Shown here: positions 39,001 to 49,528 of the stretch, piece by piece
How the letters are laid out: each line of letters opens with the position of its first letter
Position numbering within the stretch: position 1 is the stretch's first letter
Origin: Chiloscyllium plagiosum
Lineage: Eukaryota
Direction: 5' to 3'
Assembly: GCF_004010195.1 (NCBI RefSeq)
Contig: NC_057722.1
Location: 39,663,164 to 39,727,163 of the forward strand
Length of the DNA: 64,000 nt
The notes under the pieces: generated by a model
Told to the model about the DNA's origin: nothing
Databases searched by the model: none
The model's input: only the letters and a program-made list of their open reading frames with translations
Position numbers and translations under genes: made by a program

Positions 39001-40162
39001 AAACAGGAGTGTCATAGGTTCTGTTCACTCTAAAAAAAACAGGAGTGTCTGAGATGGTCCACTCTGAGAGCTGGCTCTGATGAAGCTTGATCAGTGGCTT
39101 GATCATGTGAACATGAAAGTAAGAGGTGACTTGATAAAGGGATACCGGCCTCTGTGGTGTTATTTCAATTAGTTTCTCCCTTATAAGCTGCTCCTTGGAT
39201 TACATTTCCACATGTATGCTGACAACAGTCCACTTTACCACATATATCCTCTCTCAACTCTTCCATTGTCTCTTATTGAACTTAAAGCTTAATCATGGAA
39301 ATATCAAAACCATTGTCTTCATTACCTGTTCCTTAGCTACCAAGTCCATCAAAATTGCTACTTGTGACTAAACTGAACTACTATTCATAATGTTGGCATC
39401 AGTATGTCCCTAAGTTGAACTTCTGACCACATATCCACTGCATCAAAACTGCCTTTTTTAAATCAAAATCTCTGCAACACTCCTCTTACTTTCATCATTT
39501 CACCTGCTGTTGAAACCTTCATCTAAGACTCTGTTATCTCTAGACTTAGCTGTTCCAAGGACTTACAGCCAGCCTCCTTAGTTTCCATAAACTTGAGATT
39601 ATGTAAATCTCTTGCTGTCTGTAACTCATATCAAGTCCCATTCACCCACAACAGTTGTGCTTGTTGACCTACATTGACTCACAGTCTGAGAATGCCCAAT
39701 TTTTAATTTTGCTTCTGTATTTTCAAATGCCTTTTATGTCTTAGTGCTATTTGTTCTAGCCCCACAACACCCTAAGTTCTGTGCACTTCAATTCTTGATC
39801 CTTTGTTTATCTCTGATGTTAATCATTTTACTACTGGTGGTTATGCCTTTAATTGCCGAAGAGCTTAGCTCTGAATCAATTAGCATCTCTTTCTCCATGA
39901 GAACATATCCTAAAAGCAGCTTTTAGTCATCTATTGTATCTGACTCAGTATCAAGTTTTGTTTTTGATAGTCTTTTATTCTCATGATGTACTTTGGAACC
40001 TTTACCTCATTAACGTACTGCAAAGGAATTATATAATAATAAATTACTGTTATACTTGTAATAGTTGAATCAGAACTGTTTCTGTAGGATTCTAAGTTGC
40101 ATCCTTTGAAAGTATTAAATACATTTGATAGGTGATAATACTAGAATGATTGCTTTCTAGTG

Positions 40163-40242
40163 GAATGGCTTCTTAGACAAAGTAAAGGATATGAACCTTA
40201 ACAACATTCCCGCTACACCATTGATGACGTATGCTTCATAGC
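40163..40242 (+). repeat. Exact 80-bp copy of 40606-40685
   Basis: gaatggcttcttagac...gcttcatagc is identical at both positions. Confidence 0.9.
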
Positions 40243-41313
40243 ATACGTAGTAAAGCTGTTTTGCAATCTAGATCTCATGACAATTGTTATATATTGAAAG
40301 AAAAAAATATAAACTTTAAAATATAACCAGTACAGATAACTGATTAGATTTTATGTGGAAATTACTGAAAGCAGAAATACTATAGAAGTCCATGAAAACA
40401 ATTAAACTGAAGGTGGAGACTCAACAATCATTCCTCTCCTGGTATTTAATAGATCTCAGCATGCCAGTGAATACAAGTCTGAAGTGTTTGCAATCTTCTT
40501 CAATGAAAAGTGCTGAGTGAATGACCCATCTAAGCTTCATCCTGAGGATCCCTGCATCACATTTGCCAGTCTTCAACAAAATCTATGTACTCCATGTGAT
40601 GTTAAGAATGGCTTCTTAGACAAAGTAAAGGATATGAACCTTAACAACATTCCCGCTACACCATTGATGACGTATGCTTCATAGCTAACCACACTCCTAG
40701 CTGAATTGTTCTAGTAGAGCTAAGACACTGGCATCTAATGAACAATGTGCAAACTATCCAGGTATGTCCTGTCCACAAAAGCAGAACAAATCCATTCTGA
40801 TCAGATACCAGCCCATCAATCTCCTATTAAACATCAACAAAGTCAATTCTAGGAGGAAGAGGCTGTGGAATTTCAAAATCAGATGTCATATTGGAGTATG
40901 TGTGAGAATCAAAAATGACATTCCTTTTGCTTTTCCAACCTAAAGGCTTATTTGCCTTTTTGCTAAAGCATCCAATGAATGATGCAAAGAAACAACTCAA
41001 GGTGTCTCCCATTTCCTGAGTGTTTGTCCATATTCCAACTAACACGTCTTAAAGGTATTACTTTCTTCAAACACAGATGTACTTAGAGAAATAATTTATA
41101 TTCCTTGCAATCTAAAAATTGCTTCTCTATTTTACAGATTAACCAGTTGTTAAGTCTTCGTCTTTTCCTTTTTTTCCTGTTTATCACTGAAAATGAAGAT
41201 TTCGATTTGAGGAATGCAAAAAAAATCTTGATTATTTAGAGTCATGGAGTGATTCATCATGGAAACAGATCTTTTGGTGCAAATAGTCCACTCCGACAAT
41301 GTTCCCAATCTAA

Positions 41314-43245
41314 TTTACGTCGGCTATGTAGAACAGGCCAGCTTCTGGAGTTACACCGGCACCGCTCCGCACATTTCTCTCCGCTACATTGATGACTGCA
41401 TCGGTGCCACCTTGTGCTCCCACTTCATCAACTTCACCAACACATTCCACCCTAACCTTAAATTCACCCGGGCCATCTCTGACTGGAATGGGACTATTTG
41501 GCGCCGCCCTTTTGGCGCTGATCATTTGGCCCCACCATTTTGGCTCTAAACTGATTTGGCGCTGAGCTGTTTTAGTGCCAATACATATAGATAACCATCA
41601 TGTAAAAATTTTGGTTTGTCTCTCTTGCTTAGAATGTTTTCAGCCATTTCTGGTATGGGCTCTACAAGAAAATAGAAAGAAAATTGTATTACAGCTTTCC
41701 AGTGTGAAGACAGAAGGGCTTAAGTATCATCAAGGCAGTAGATGACTATTAACAATTGTTAAATGAGAAAATGATTACAAAACGAGATTTGAATCTAACA
41801 GCGGGTTATTACAGCTTTGACTATCAATTCTTGCTAGTTGAGAAAATTACATCGGGTCGTTAGTCATCCTCTCTTCTTTAACCAAACAAGACTTTTTTAA
41901 ATTCTGAATTGGCACTAAAACAACTCAGCACCAAAGTAATGAGCGCCAAAACAGTTTAGAGCCAAAACGGCGGGGCCAAATGATCGGTGCCAAAAGGGCA
42001 GCACCAAAACATACCCGACCCATCTCTGACACCTCCCTCTCCTTTCTGGACCACTCCATCTCCATCAACGATGACCGACTCAACACTGACATTTTTTACA
42101 AACATACCGACTCCCACAGCTACCTGGATTACACCTCCTCCCACCTCAACCTCCTGCAAAAATGTTAACCCATTTTCGCAATTCCTCCGCCTCCACCGCA
42201 TTTGCTCCCAATATGACCAGTTCCACCACAGAACACACCAGACAGCTGCTTTCTTTAAGCACTGCAATTTCCCCTCCAACGCAACTCATCCACGGCCTGC
42301 ACTTCCCCCCTCGAACCCCACCCCTCTAACCACAACAAGAACAGAACCCACCTGGTCCTCACTTTCCACCCTACCAACCTCCGCATAAATCACATTATTC
42401 GCTGATATGTCTGCCACCTCCAAACAGACCCCATCACCAGGGATATATTTCCGCAAAGACGGTTCCCTCCGTGACTATCTGGTCAGGTCCACATCCCCAA
42501 CAACTCACCCTCCCCTCCTTGAACCTTCCCCTGCCACTGCAGGAATTGCAAAACTGGTGCCCACACCTCCTCCCTCACCTCCATCTAAGGACCCAAAGAA
42601 GCCTTCGACATCCCTCAAAGTTTCACCTGCACTTCCCACCAATGTGATTTATTGTATCCGTAACTCTCGATGTGGTCTCCTCTACATTGGGGAGACCTGA
42701 CGCCTTCTCGCAGAGCGTTTTAGGGAACATCTCCACGACACTCTGAACATTTTGACTCCCCGTCCCACTCTGCTGAGGACATGCAGGTCCTGGGCCTCCT
42801 CCATTGCCACTCCCTCATCACCCAACGCCTGGAGGAAGAATGCCTCATCTTTTGCCTCGGGACCCTTCAACCCCAGGGCATCAATGTGGATTTCACCAGT
42901 TTCCTCATTTCCCCTCCCCCCACCTTACCCCAGTTCCAACCTTCCAGCTCAGCACCACCCTCATGACCTGTCTTATCTGTCAATCTTCCTTCCCACCTAT
43001 CTGCTCCACCCTCCTCTCTCACCTATCACCTTCACACCCACCTCCATCCACCTATTGCACTCCCAGCTACCTTCTCCCCAGCCCCACCACCATTTATCTC
43101 TCCAACCTTGAGGCTCCCAGCCTCATTCCTGATGAAGGTCTTTTGTCTGAAATGCGATTTTTCCTGCTCCTCGCATGCTGCCTGACCTGCTGTGCTTTTA
43201 CAGCACCACTCTAATCTTGACTCTAATCTCCAGCATCCACTTCTG
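41314..43245 (+). mobile_element. Penelope-like element (second family; RT thumb + GIY-YIG + pLTR) inserted into a CR1 tail (41237-43510)
   Basis: LRYIDDCIG, FHPNLKFT, FLDHSI..TDIFYKHTDSHSYLDYTSSH, NVIYCIR..CGLLYIGET; 9-bp TSD ccaatctaa (41305-41313, 43246-43254). Confidence 0.9.
41484..42019. mobile_element. Non-autonomous DNA transposon (MULE/MuDR-like MITE)
   Basis: ~90-110 bp internally repetitive TIRs made of ttggcgc-like units; 11-bp TSD ccatctctgac (41473-41483, 42020-42030). Confidence 0.8.
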
Positions 43246-44076
43246 CCAATCTAAACTAGTCCCAATTGACAGCATTTGGCCCATATCCCTCCAAACTTTT
43301 TCTATTTAAATACTTATCCAAATGCCTTTTAAGTGCTGTAACTGTACCCGCACCCACTACTTCCTCTGGCACTTCATTCCACACTCAAACCACGCTGTGT
43401 AGAACGGTTGCCCCTCATGCCCTTTTAGAAACTTGCTCCTCTCACTATAAAATATGCCCCTAGATCCCTAGTGCCTCCACCCTAGGGAAAAGACCCTTGC
43501 TATTCACTTTACTTTCATTTGTTTTGGTTTGTCCAGAGTATAGATTCACATTGTATTTTACATTGTGCTTTTTTATGCCTCATCTCTTGAAACCACAGTT
43601 TATTATCATTAATTGCTTTATTATTATATAAGACACGTGTTAGACTTCAGCTAGAGTACTGGGTACATCATTGGTAAGATGTGGAGATAGTACAGAAGCT
43701 GTTTACAAGAATGGTTCTAGGGAAGTTAAACATCACTTAGATTGAAAAGGCTGGGACTGTTCTTCAATAAGAAAGGCGAAGAGGAAATCTGAGCGAGGTT
43801 TATAAAATCATGAGCAGGCTGGATAGAGTAGAAAGAGAAAAAAATGTTCCCATCTGTAAAAGGAACATGAACTAGAGGTCATCGATTTAAAGTGATCTGC
43901 AAAAGAAGTGAGGGTAAATTGAGGATCAATGTTTCACTCAGTGAGTAGTTAGGATCTGGAATGCACTGTCTGAAAGGTTCAGTTGAGGCATTCAAGAGCG
44001 CATTTTGGATAAAAGATAATGTGCAAGATGGGTGAGGGAGGCAGGACATTGGCATTAAGTAATGATGCTCATTCCC

Positions 44077-44165
44077 AGTCCTGAAGAAAGGCTACACGCG
44101 AAACGTCAACTTCTGCAACTCCTGATGCTGCATGGCTTGCTGTGTTCTTCCAGCCTCCTGCCCAT
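44077..44165 (+). mobile_element. pLTR copy with hammerhead motif inside a CR1 3' fragment (43640-44240)
   Basis: agtcCTGAAGAaaggctacacgcGAAACGTCaact. Confidence 0.7.
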
Positions 44166-44475
44166 CTACTTAACCAACAGGACCAGGCACAATGGGCCGA
44201 ATGGCCTCGCTCTGCTCTGGGACACTTGATATTATTTGTTCAGACATCCATCTTCTTAAAACAATGCTTTCATTGTCCTCTCCTTCTCCACGTTGAGTCT
44301 GGTTTACTGGGGAGTCGATTGCAATGCAGCGCAGAACCGGTTGGAAAGTTAACTTTCTCTCCATAAACACAGCCTGTCCTGCTGAGTGTTTCTAGCATTT
44401 CCTGTTTATATCCTCAGAATTCTAGTATCTTTTGTATTCATCTGATTTGCAACAAAATTGGGACGATTAACTGAG

Positions 44476-44557
44476 TCTAGATTAGACACAGCACAGCAGA
44501 TCAGGCAGCATCCGAGGGGCAGGAAAATCGACATTTCTGGCAAAAGCCCTTCATGAG
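44476..44557 (-). mobile_element. Short pLTR insert upstream of USP13
   Basis: 11-bp TSD gattaactgag (44465-44475, 44558-44568); degenerate hammerhead. Confidence 0.75.
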
Positions 44558-44842
44558 GATTAACTGAGGACCAGCACAAGGAGATTTGTTGAAACACTGA
44601 TATTTTGTATTTATTGCCAGCTCTCCTTCTGTACAAAGTCTCTGCAACCTCTCCCCCAGTGTCCGGTTTTTTTAAAACAGGAGCAGAAGCGTCAGCAGGT
44701 CCGATGGCTGGAGGGAGGGTGGGCTGCGATTTTGCACTGGTTTAAAAATAGTGTGCCGTCCTGCAGTCTCTGCTCGCCCAGTTCCAGCTCACTTCACAAT
44801 CAATGTCTGCCCTGAACAGCATTCTGGGTTAGGAATGTCAAC

Positions 44843-44953
44843 ATGGCTGCAGACATCGGAGAACTGCTGGTGCCGTACATGCCAACCATCCGAGTCCCTA
44901 GATCAGGGGACAGGGTTTACAAGAGCGAATGCGCCTTCTCCTTTGACTCCCCA
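44843..44953 (+). CDS. USP13: USP13 (ubiquitin carboxyl-terminal hydrolase 13) coding exon 1
   Basis: [37 protein letters not shown] | gtaagt; strong Kozak aacATGg; position next to NDUFB5 favours USP13 over USP5. Confidence 0.95.
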
Positions 44954-45960
44954 GTAAGTAGGCAGGCCGCCCTTTGGGAAGGGGTTGCGCACATGGAGGC
45001 TTTCTCGCAGGAAGTTTTCCAGTTTTCCATTGACACGTGAATGACTGCACAAACTAACGATGCTCAGCTGGATTTAGGAACTTGCTGATAACGGACAGGC
45101 TGTGGCCAGTGTTGGACTTTGTTAAACAAACCAGTGGAGGATGAAAGACCGCAGCAGCTCAGCAACCTATTGGGGCCAGAAAGCAAAAGGGTATGGGGCT
45201 TGACATGTCAGTGGGCGTGTGATCCTGAACATTTAAACCGAAATAAGGAGGAAAGTTTTATAAAGCAAAGCGTCGGAAGGCAGCTAGTATTATAATTTGT
45301 CAGCTACCATGTAAACGAGTAACGTTCATTTTATATAGACCTAAAGAGCAAATTAAGAGTAAGGGTCTTCTTAAATAAGTTTTTAAAAGTTACGGAAAGG
45401 AAGAGAATTAAAGTGAAAGGCGAAGGAAGATACAGTTTTTATAACTGTTTTAAAATTCTTGGTAAATTCTAAAAGATGGCAAATAGAAATGTGGCTTTTG
45501 GTTGTTTGCAAAATTAAATAAAAGTGTAAAAGTATAGTAAAAGGTGACTCAGCTGTTTGGCGTTCATCAACAGTGCCCGAGACAAGTTATTTATATACAG
45601 ATAGTTTGGGGGTCGGGTGTCGAATTTCTTTTTCCTGCCCTGAAGGTTGTGTTCCGACTAGTTTTAAAATATTAATAAATTAATGACGTATTTAACAATT
45701 ATTGATTTTGTTGTAGCAGTAATTTCGAATATATTTTTAGTTAATCTTTATGTTCCTTTTAGTTGAGATGTAATGTGATCACAGTGAAAGTATAGAACGT
45801 GTGTTGTACTCCATCAAGTGGTGAACGAGTAGATGGAAAGTCTTCCCATCCCAGTATTAAATCTAACCCAGAACATGCCATGATTTGTTATAGTACTGTT
45901 TGAATAGTATTTTTTTTGCTGTATCCTCCAGACGGTGTAGTAAAATTTCTTCACTCCCTC

Positions 45961-46095
45961 AGTTCTGGGGAAGGGTCACTGGACCTGAAATGTTAACTCT
46001 GATTTCTCTCTACAGGTGCTGCCAGACCTACTGAGCTTCTTCAGCAATTTCTGTTTTTGTTTCTGATTTACAGCCTCCACCATTCTGTTGGCTTT
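45961..46095 (+). mobile_element. Older pLTR-like short element with degenerate hammerhead
   Basis: agttCTGGGGAagggtcactggacctGAAAtgttaact; related copies at ~3215-3310 (-), 18870-18995 and 19400-19530. Confidence 0.6.
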
Positions 46096-47146
46096 CCTTT
46101 TAACTGGATAGTGAGAATATGAAACTTGCTACCACAAGGAGGACTTTAAAGAAGTAGCGCACATGTATTAAAGGGAAGCTAGATAATTGAGGAAATGTGT
46201 ATATGTTTGGATTACTTAAAGTAGGAGGAAACTCATACATCAACAACAATAACTTGCATAAATGTAACCCTTTCAACAAAGTAAAATATCTTAAAGCACA
46301 ACATAGAAGGGATATAAAACAAATTTGATGCAGAGGTACATAAGGAGATCCTGGAATAAATAACCAAACGCTTGGTCATGGAATTCAATTTTACAGAGCT
46401 TGTGAAAAAAGGGAGAAAGGCAAAAATTTTGTGGAGGGAATTCTCAAACTCAGGCCTAGATGACCAAAGATCTGGTTGTCGATTGTAGGGCAATTAGGAG
46501 AAAGTGAGGACGAGAGATGCTGGCGAGTCAGAGTCAAAAAGTGTGCTGTGGGAATCAAAAGCCAGAATTTGTGATGTGTAGAGATCTTGAAAGACCATGG
46601 ATTAGAAAATTAGTAGTTTTTGTGTAAATCATAATTCCAAGTAAATTAAAGATTGAACATGTAATTATGTTTGTGCTAAAAAAAACTAAGGGCAAATTGT
46701 ATGAATTTAACGTATATTCCTGTGTCTTTACAACAGGAGCTCACAATTTCTAAACTTTTATTACATTTTTGTAAAGTTCTACACAGATAAAGTACATTTA
46801 AGAAATTTTTGCCCAAAATGAATGTAACCTATGTCTATTAGTGACTAATTTACACAATTTGTATTATAATATGAATGTAGGACATTATATAGAAAAGCCA
46901 TTGGAGCAAAATGTGGCATCAAAAAGTAACGTTTGGGAGATAGCTGATTACTGCATGACCCTATGACACAAAGTATGGAAACAGACTGTTCAGTCCAACC
47001 AGTCCATGCCGAATATAATTCCAAACTAAACTAGTTGCACCTGGCGCAGCTCCTGGCCTATATCCCACTAAACATTCCCTATTCACGTACCTATCCAAAT
47101 GTCTTTTAAACATTATAATTGTACCCACATTCATCACTTCCTCAGA

Positions 47147-47447
47147 CATGGTGGCTCAGTGGTTAGCCCTGCTCCCTCAGCTCCAGGGACCCAGATTGGA
47201 TTCCAGCCTTCGGCGACTGTGTGGAGTTTGCATATTCTCCCTGTGTCTGCGTGGGTTTCCTCTGGGTACTCCGGTTTCCTCCTACAGTCCAAAGATATGC
47301 AGGTCAGGTGAATTGGCCTTGCTAAATTGCCCATAGTGTTAGTATGTTAGTCAGAGGGAAATGGGTCTGGCTGGGTTACTCTTCGGAGGGTCGGTGTGGA
47401 CCTGTTGGGCCAAATGGCCTGTTTCCTCACTGTGGAGAATCTAATCT
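47147..47447 (+). mobile_element. HE1-like SINE
   Basis: Head, core and aatctaatct tail. Confidence 0.88.
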
Positions 47448-47756
47448 TAAAAAAAAAAGTTTATTCCATATGCAAACCACCCTCTGTGCAAAAAAAATTG
47501 CTTCGTCTTTTTTATATCTTTCTCCTCTCATCTTAAAAATGTGCCCCTTAATCTTGAAATTCCCCAACGTAGCAACCATTACCTCTATCTATACTCTCAT
47601 TATTTTATTTTTAGTTTATTTTATGACAGGTCGCCTCTTGACCTCCTACGCTGCAGTGAGAAAAGTCTCAGCCTATTCAACCTTTGTTATAATTCAAACC
47701 TTCCGTAACTGTCAACATCCTTGTAAATCTCTTCTGAACCCTCTCCAACTTAATGA

Positions 47757-48222
47757 TGTTAAAAATCACACAACAGCAGGTTAGAGTCAAACAGGTTTAT
47801 TTGGAAGTAGAAGCTTTTGGAGCATTGTTCCTTTGTCAGGTAGCTAGTGGGGCAGGATCATAGGATGCAGAATTTATAGTTAAAGGTTCAAAGTTTCCAA
47901 ATAAAACTTCAAGTTATTTTCAGGAATGTGACTTGAAAGAAGTTCTGGGATTTACATATTAATGAATCAATACCTGCAACCCCATTCTAAGTGATTAAAG
48001 ACTTTACAGCAATCTTGGTTTGTTCAATACATCGCATCAGTTGAATGACACTTTGATCTTTTACTCTAAATTCTGTGTCCTATGATCCTGTACCACTAGC
48101 TATCTGATGAAGGAGCAATGCTCCGAAAGCTAGTACTTCCAAATAAACCTGTTGGACTATAACCTGATGTTGTGTGATTTTTAACTTTGTCCACTCCAGT
48201 CCAACACTGGCACCACCATACC
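47757..48222. mobile_element. Inverted pLTR pair of a further Penelope-like family with hammerhead
   Basis: 47760-47880 is the inverted copy of 48062-48185; tatCTGATGAaGGAGCaatGCTCC-GAA-AGCT-A^gta at 48101-48135. Confidence 0.8.
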
Positions 48223-49528
48223 ACAGCAAATTAATATCCTTCCTATAACTGGGTGACCAGAACTGGATATAGTATTCCAGAAGAGACCTCACCAATGTCC
48301 TGTACAATCTCAACAAGACATCCTAATTCTTATACTCAAAGGACTGAGCAAAAGAGGCAAGCATGCCAAATGCCTTTTTATCCACCCTGCCAAATGTGAC
48401 ACAAACTTCAAAGAATTACATGCCTGCACCCCTAGATTTCTCTATTCTACAACATTCCTCAAAAGCCAAGCATTAATTTTATAAGCCCTACCCTTGTTTG
48501 TCACACCAAAATGCAATACCTCACATTTATTTTCCACTGAAATAGTTTTTTTGAGCTGAATATGCTTCAAAAACTGAACAAAAACTTGAGAAAGTGAGAA
48601 TTGATATTAAGTGGCATATATACCATACAATCTTTTTTTCCAAGTTAGATAAACTTGAACCAAAGTATGACATCTATGCATTACTAAACATATCTCTCTG
48701 ACGTTGCTCATTTGAATGATATTTTATAAGGAAGAATATTCCTGTGTTATAATTCTGCTGAAAATAGAAATGAATTTACTGAAGATTGTAAAACGTAACA
48801 ACAGTAAGTAGAGACCAGAACATTGGTTAGGTTTTGAGAACAACATAATTTGTATTTATATAGCACCTTTAATATGATAAAACACCAGAAGGCACTTCAC
48901 AGCAATGTTAAGAAGCCAACTTTAACACCAAGTCAAATAAGGGGATATTAGAAGGATAGACTAAAAAGCTAGATCACGGAGGTAGGTTTTCAAAGAGCAT
49001 TTTAAAGAACAAAATGAGAGGTAATGAGGAATTCTAGAACCTAGGGCTTCAGCAATTAAAGACCAGCCACCAATGACAGAACAAAAAAAAATGAAGGATA
49101 CTCAAAACATCAGACTGGAAGAGGACAGGAATTTGCTTGTTATATTTCAAGAAGGACTAGGAGCCACAGTTTTTAAACAAGGGCTTTTATTAATGAGGTG
49201 TTCACTGTACGCCCATACAATATCCCTTCCCCTTTAATGTTCCTTCAATGAAAATAATTACAATATTTACCAGAAGATATACAAGAGTTCACAGAAATGG
49301 AAAGAATAATTTATCATTTCACAACTGTTTGGATTTGACTTCGACTTACCAATATTTCTTGGACTGCAGTAGCATGATGCATATAGGTACAGGAGGTCAG
49401 CATTGAATGATATTTGCCTCTTTTTTTTTTAAATTCAACATATCTAGATTAACTGATCACTATCTAGGGGTGGCTGCAATCTTGCTGCTGCACTTCTATA
49501 GACCATACCTTACTTATTCTGGATGAAG

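Larger units (their letters stand above)
38085..39167 (+). mobile_element. Rearranged LTR (TGTAAC...TTATTTCA) hosting two Tx1-like inserts
   Basis: TG...CA termini, CCAAT boxes, repeated aaacaggagtgtca...gttcactctgagagctggctctg segment. Confidence 0.6.
46961..48535 (-). mobile_element. CR1 LINE 3' part with nested SINE and Penelope pLTR pair
   Basis: LYRTLVRSLLEYYIQFWSPSYRKDI; CR1 tail at 46961-47140. Confidence 0.8.

Noticed and set aside
41490-41580. Regularly spaced ttggcgc units suggestive of a CRISPR-like array
   Set aside because: Units are too short, are mirrored at 41910-42016 and are bounded by a TSD: transposon TIRs in a eukaryotic genome
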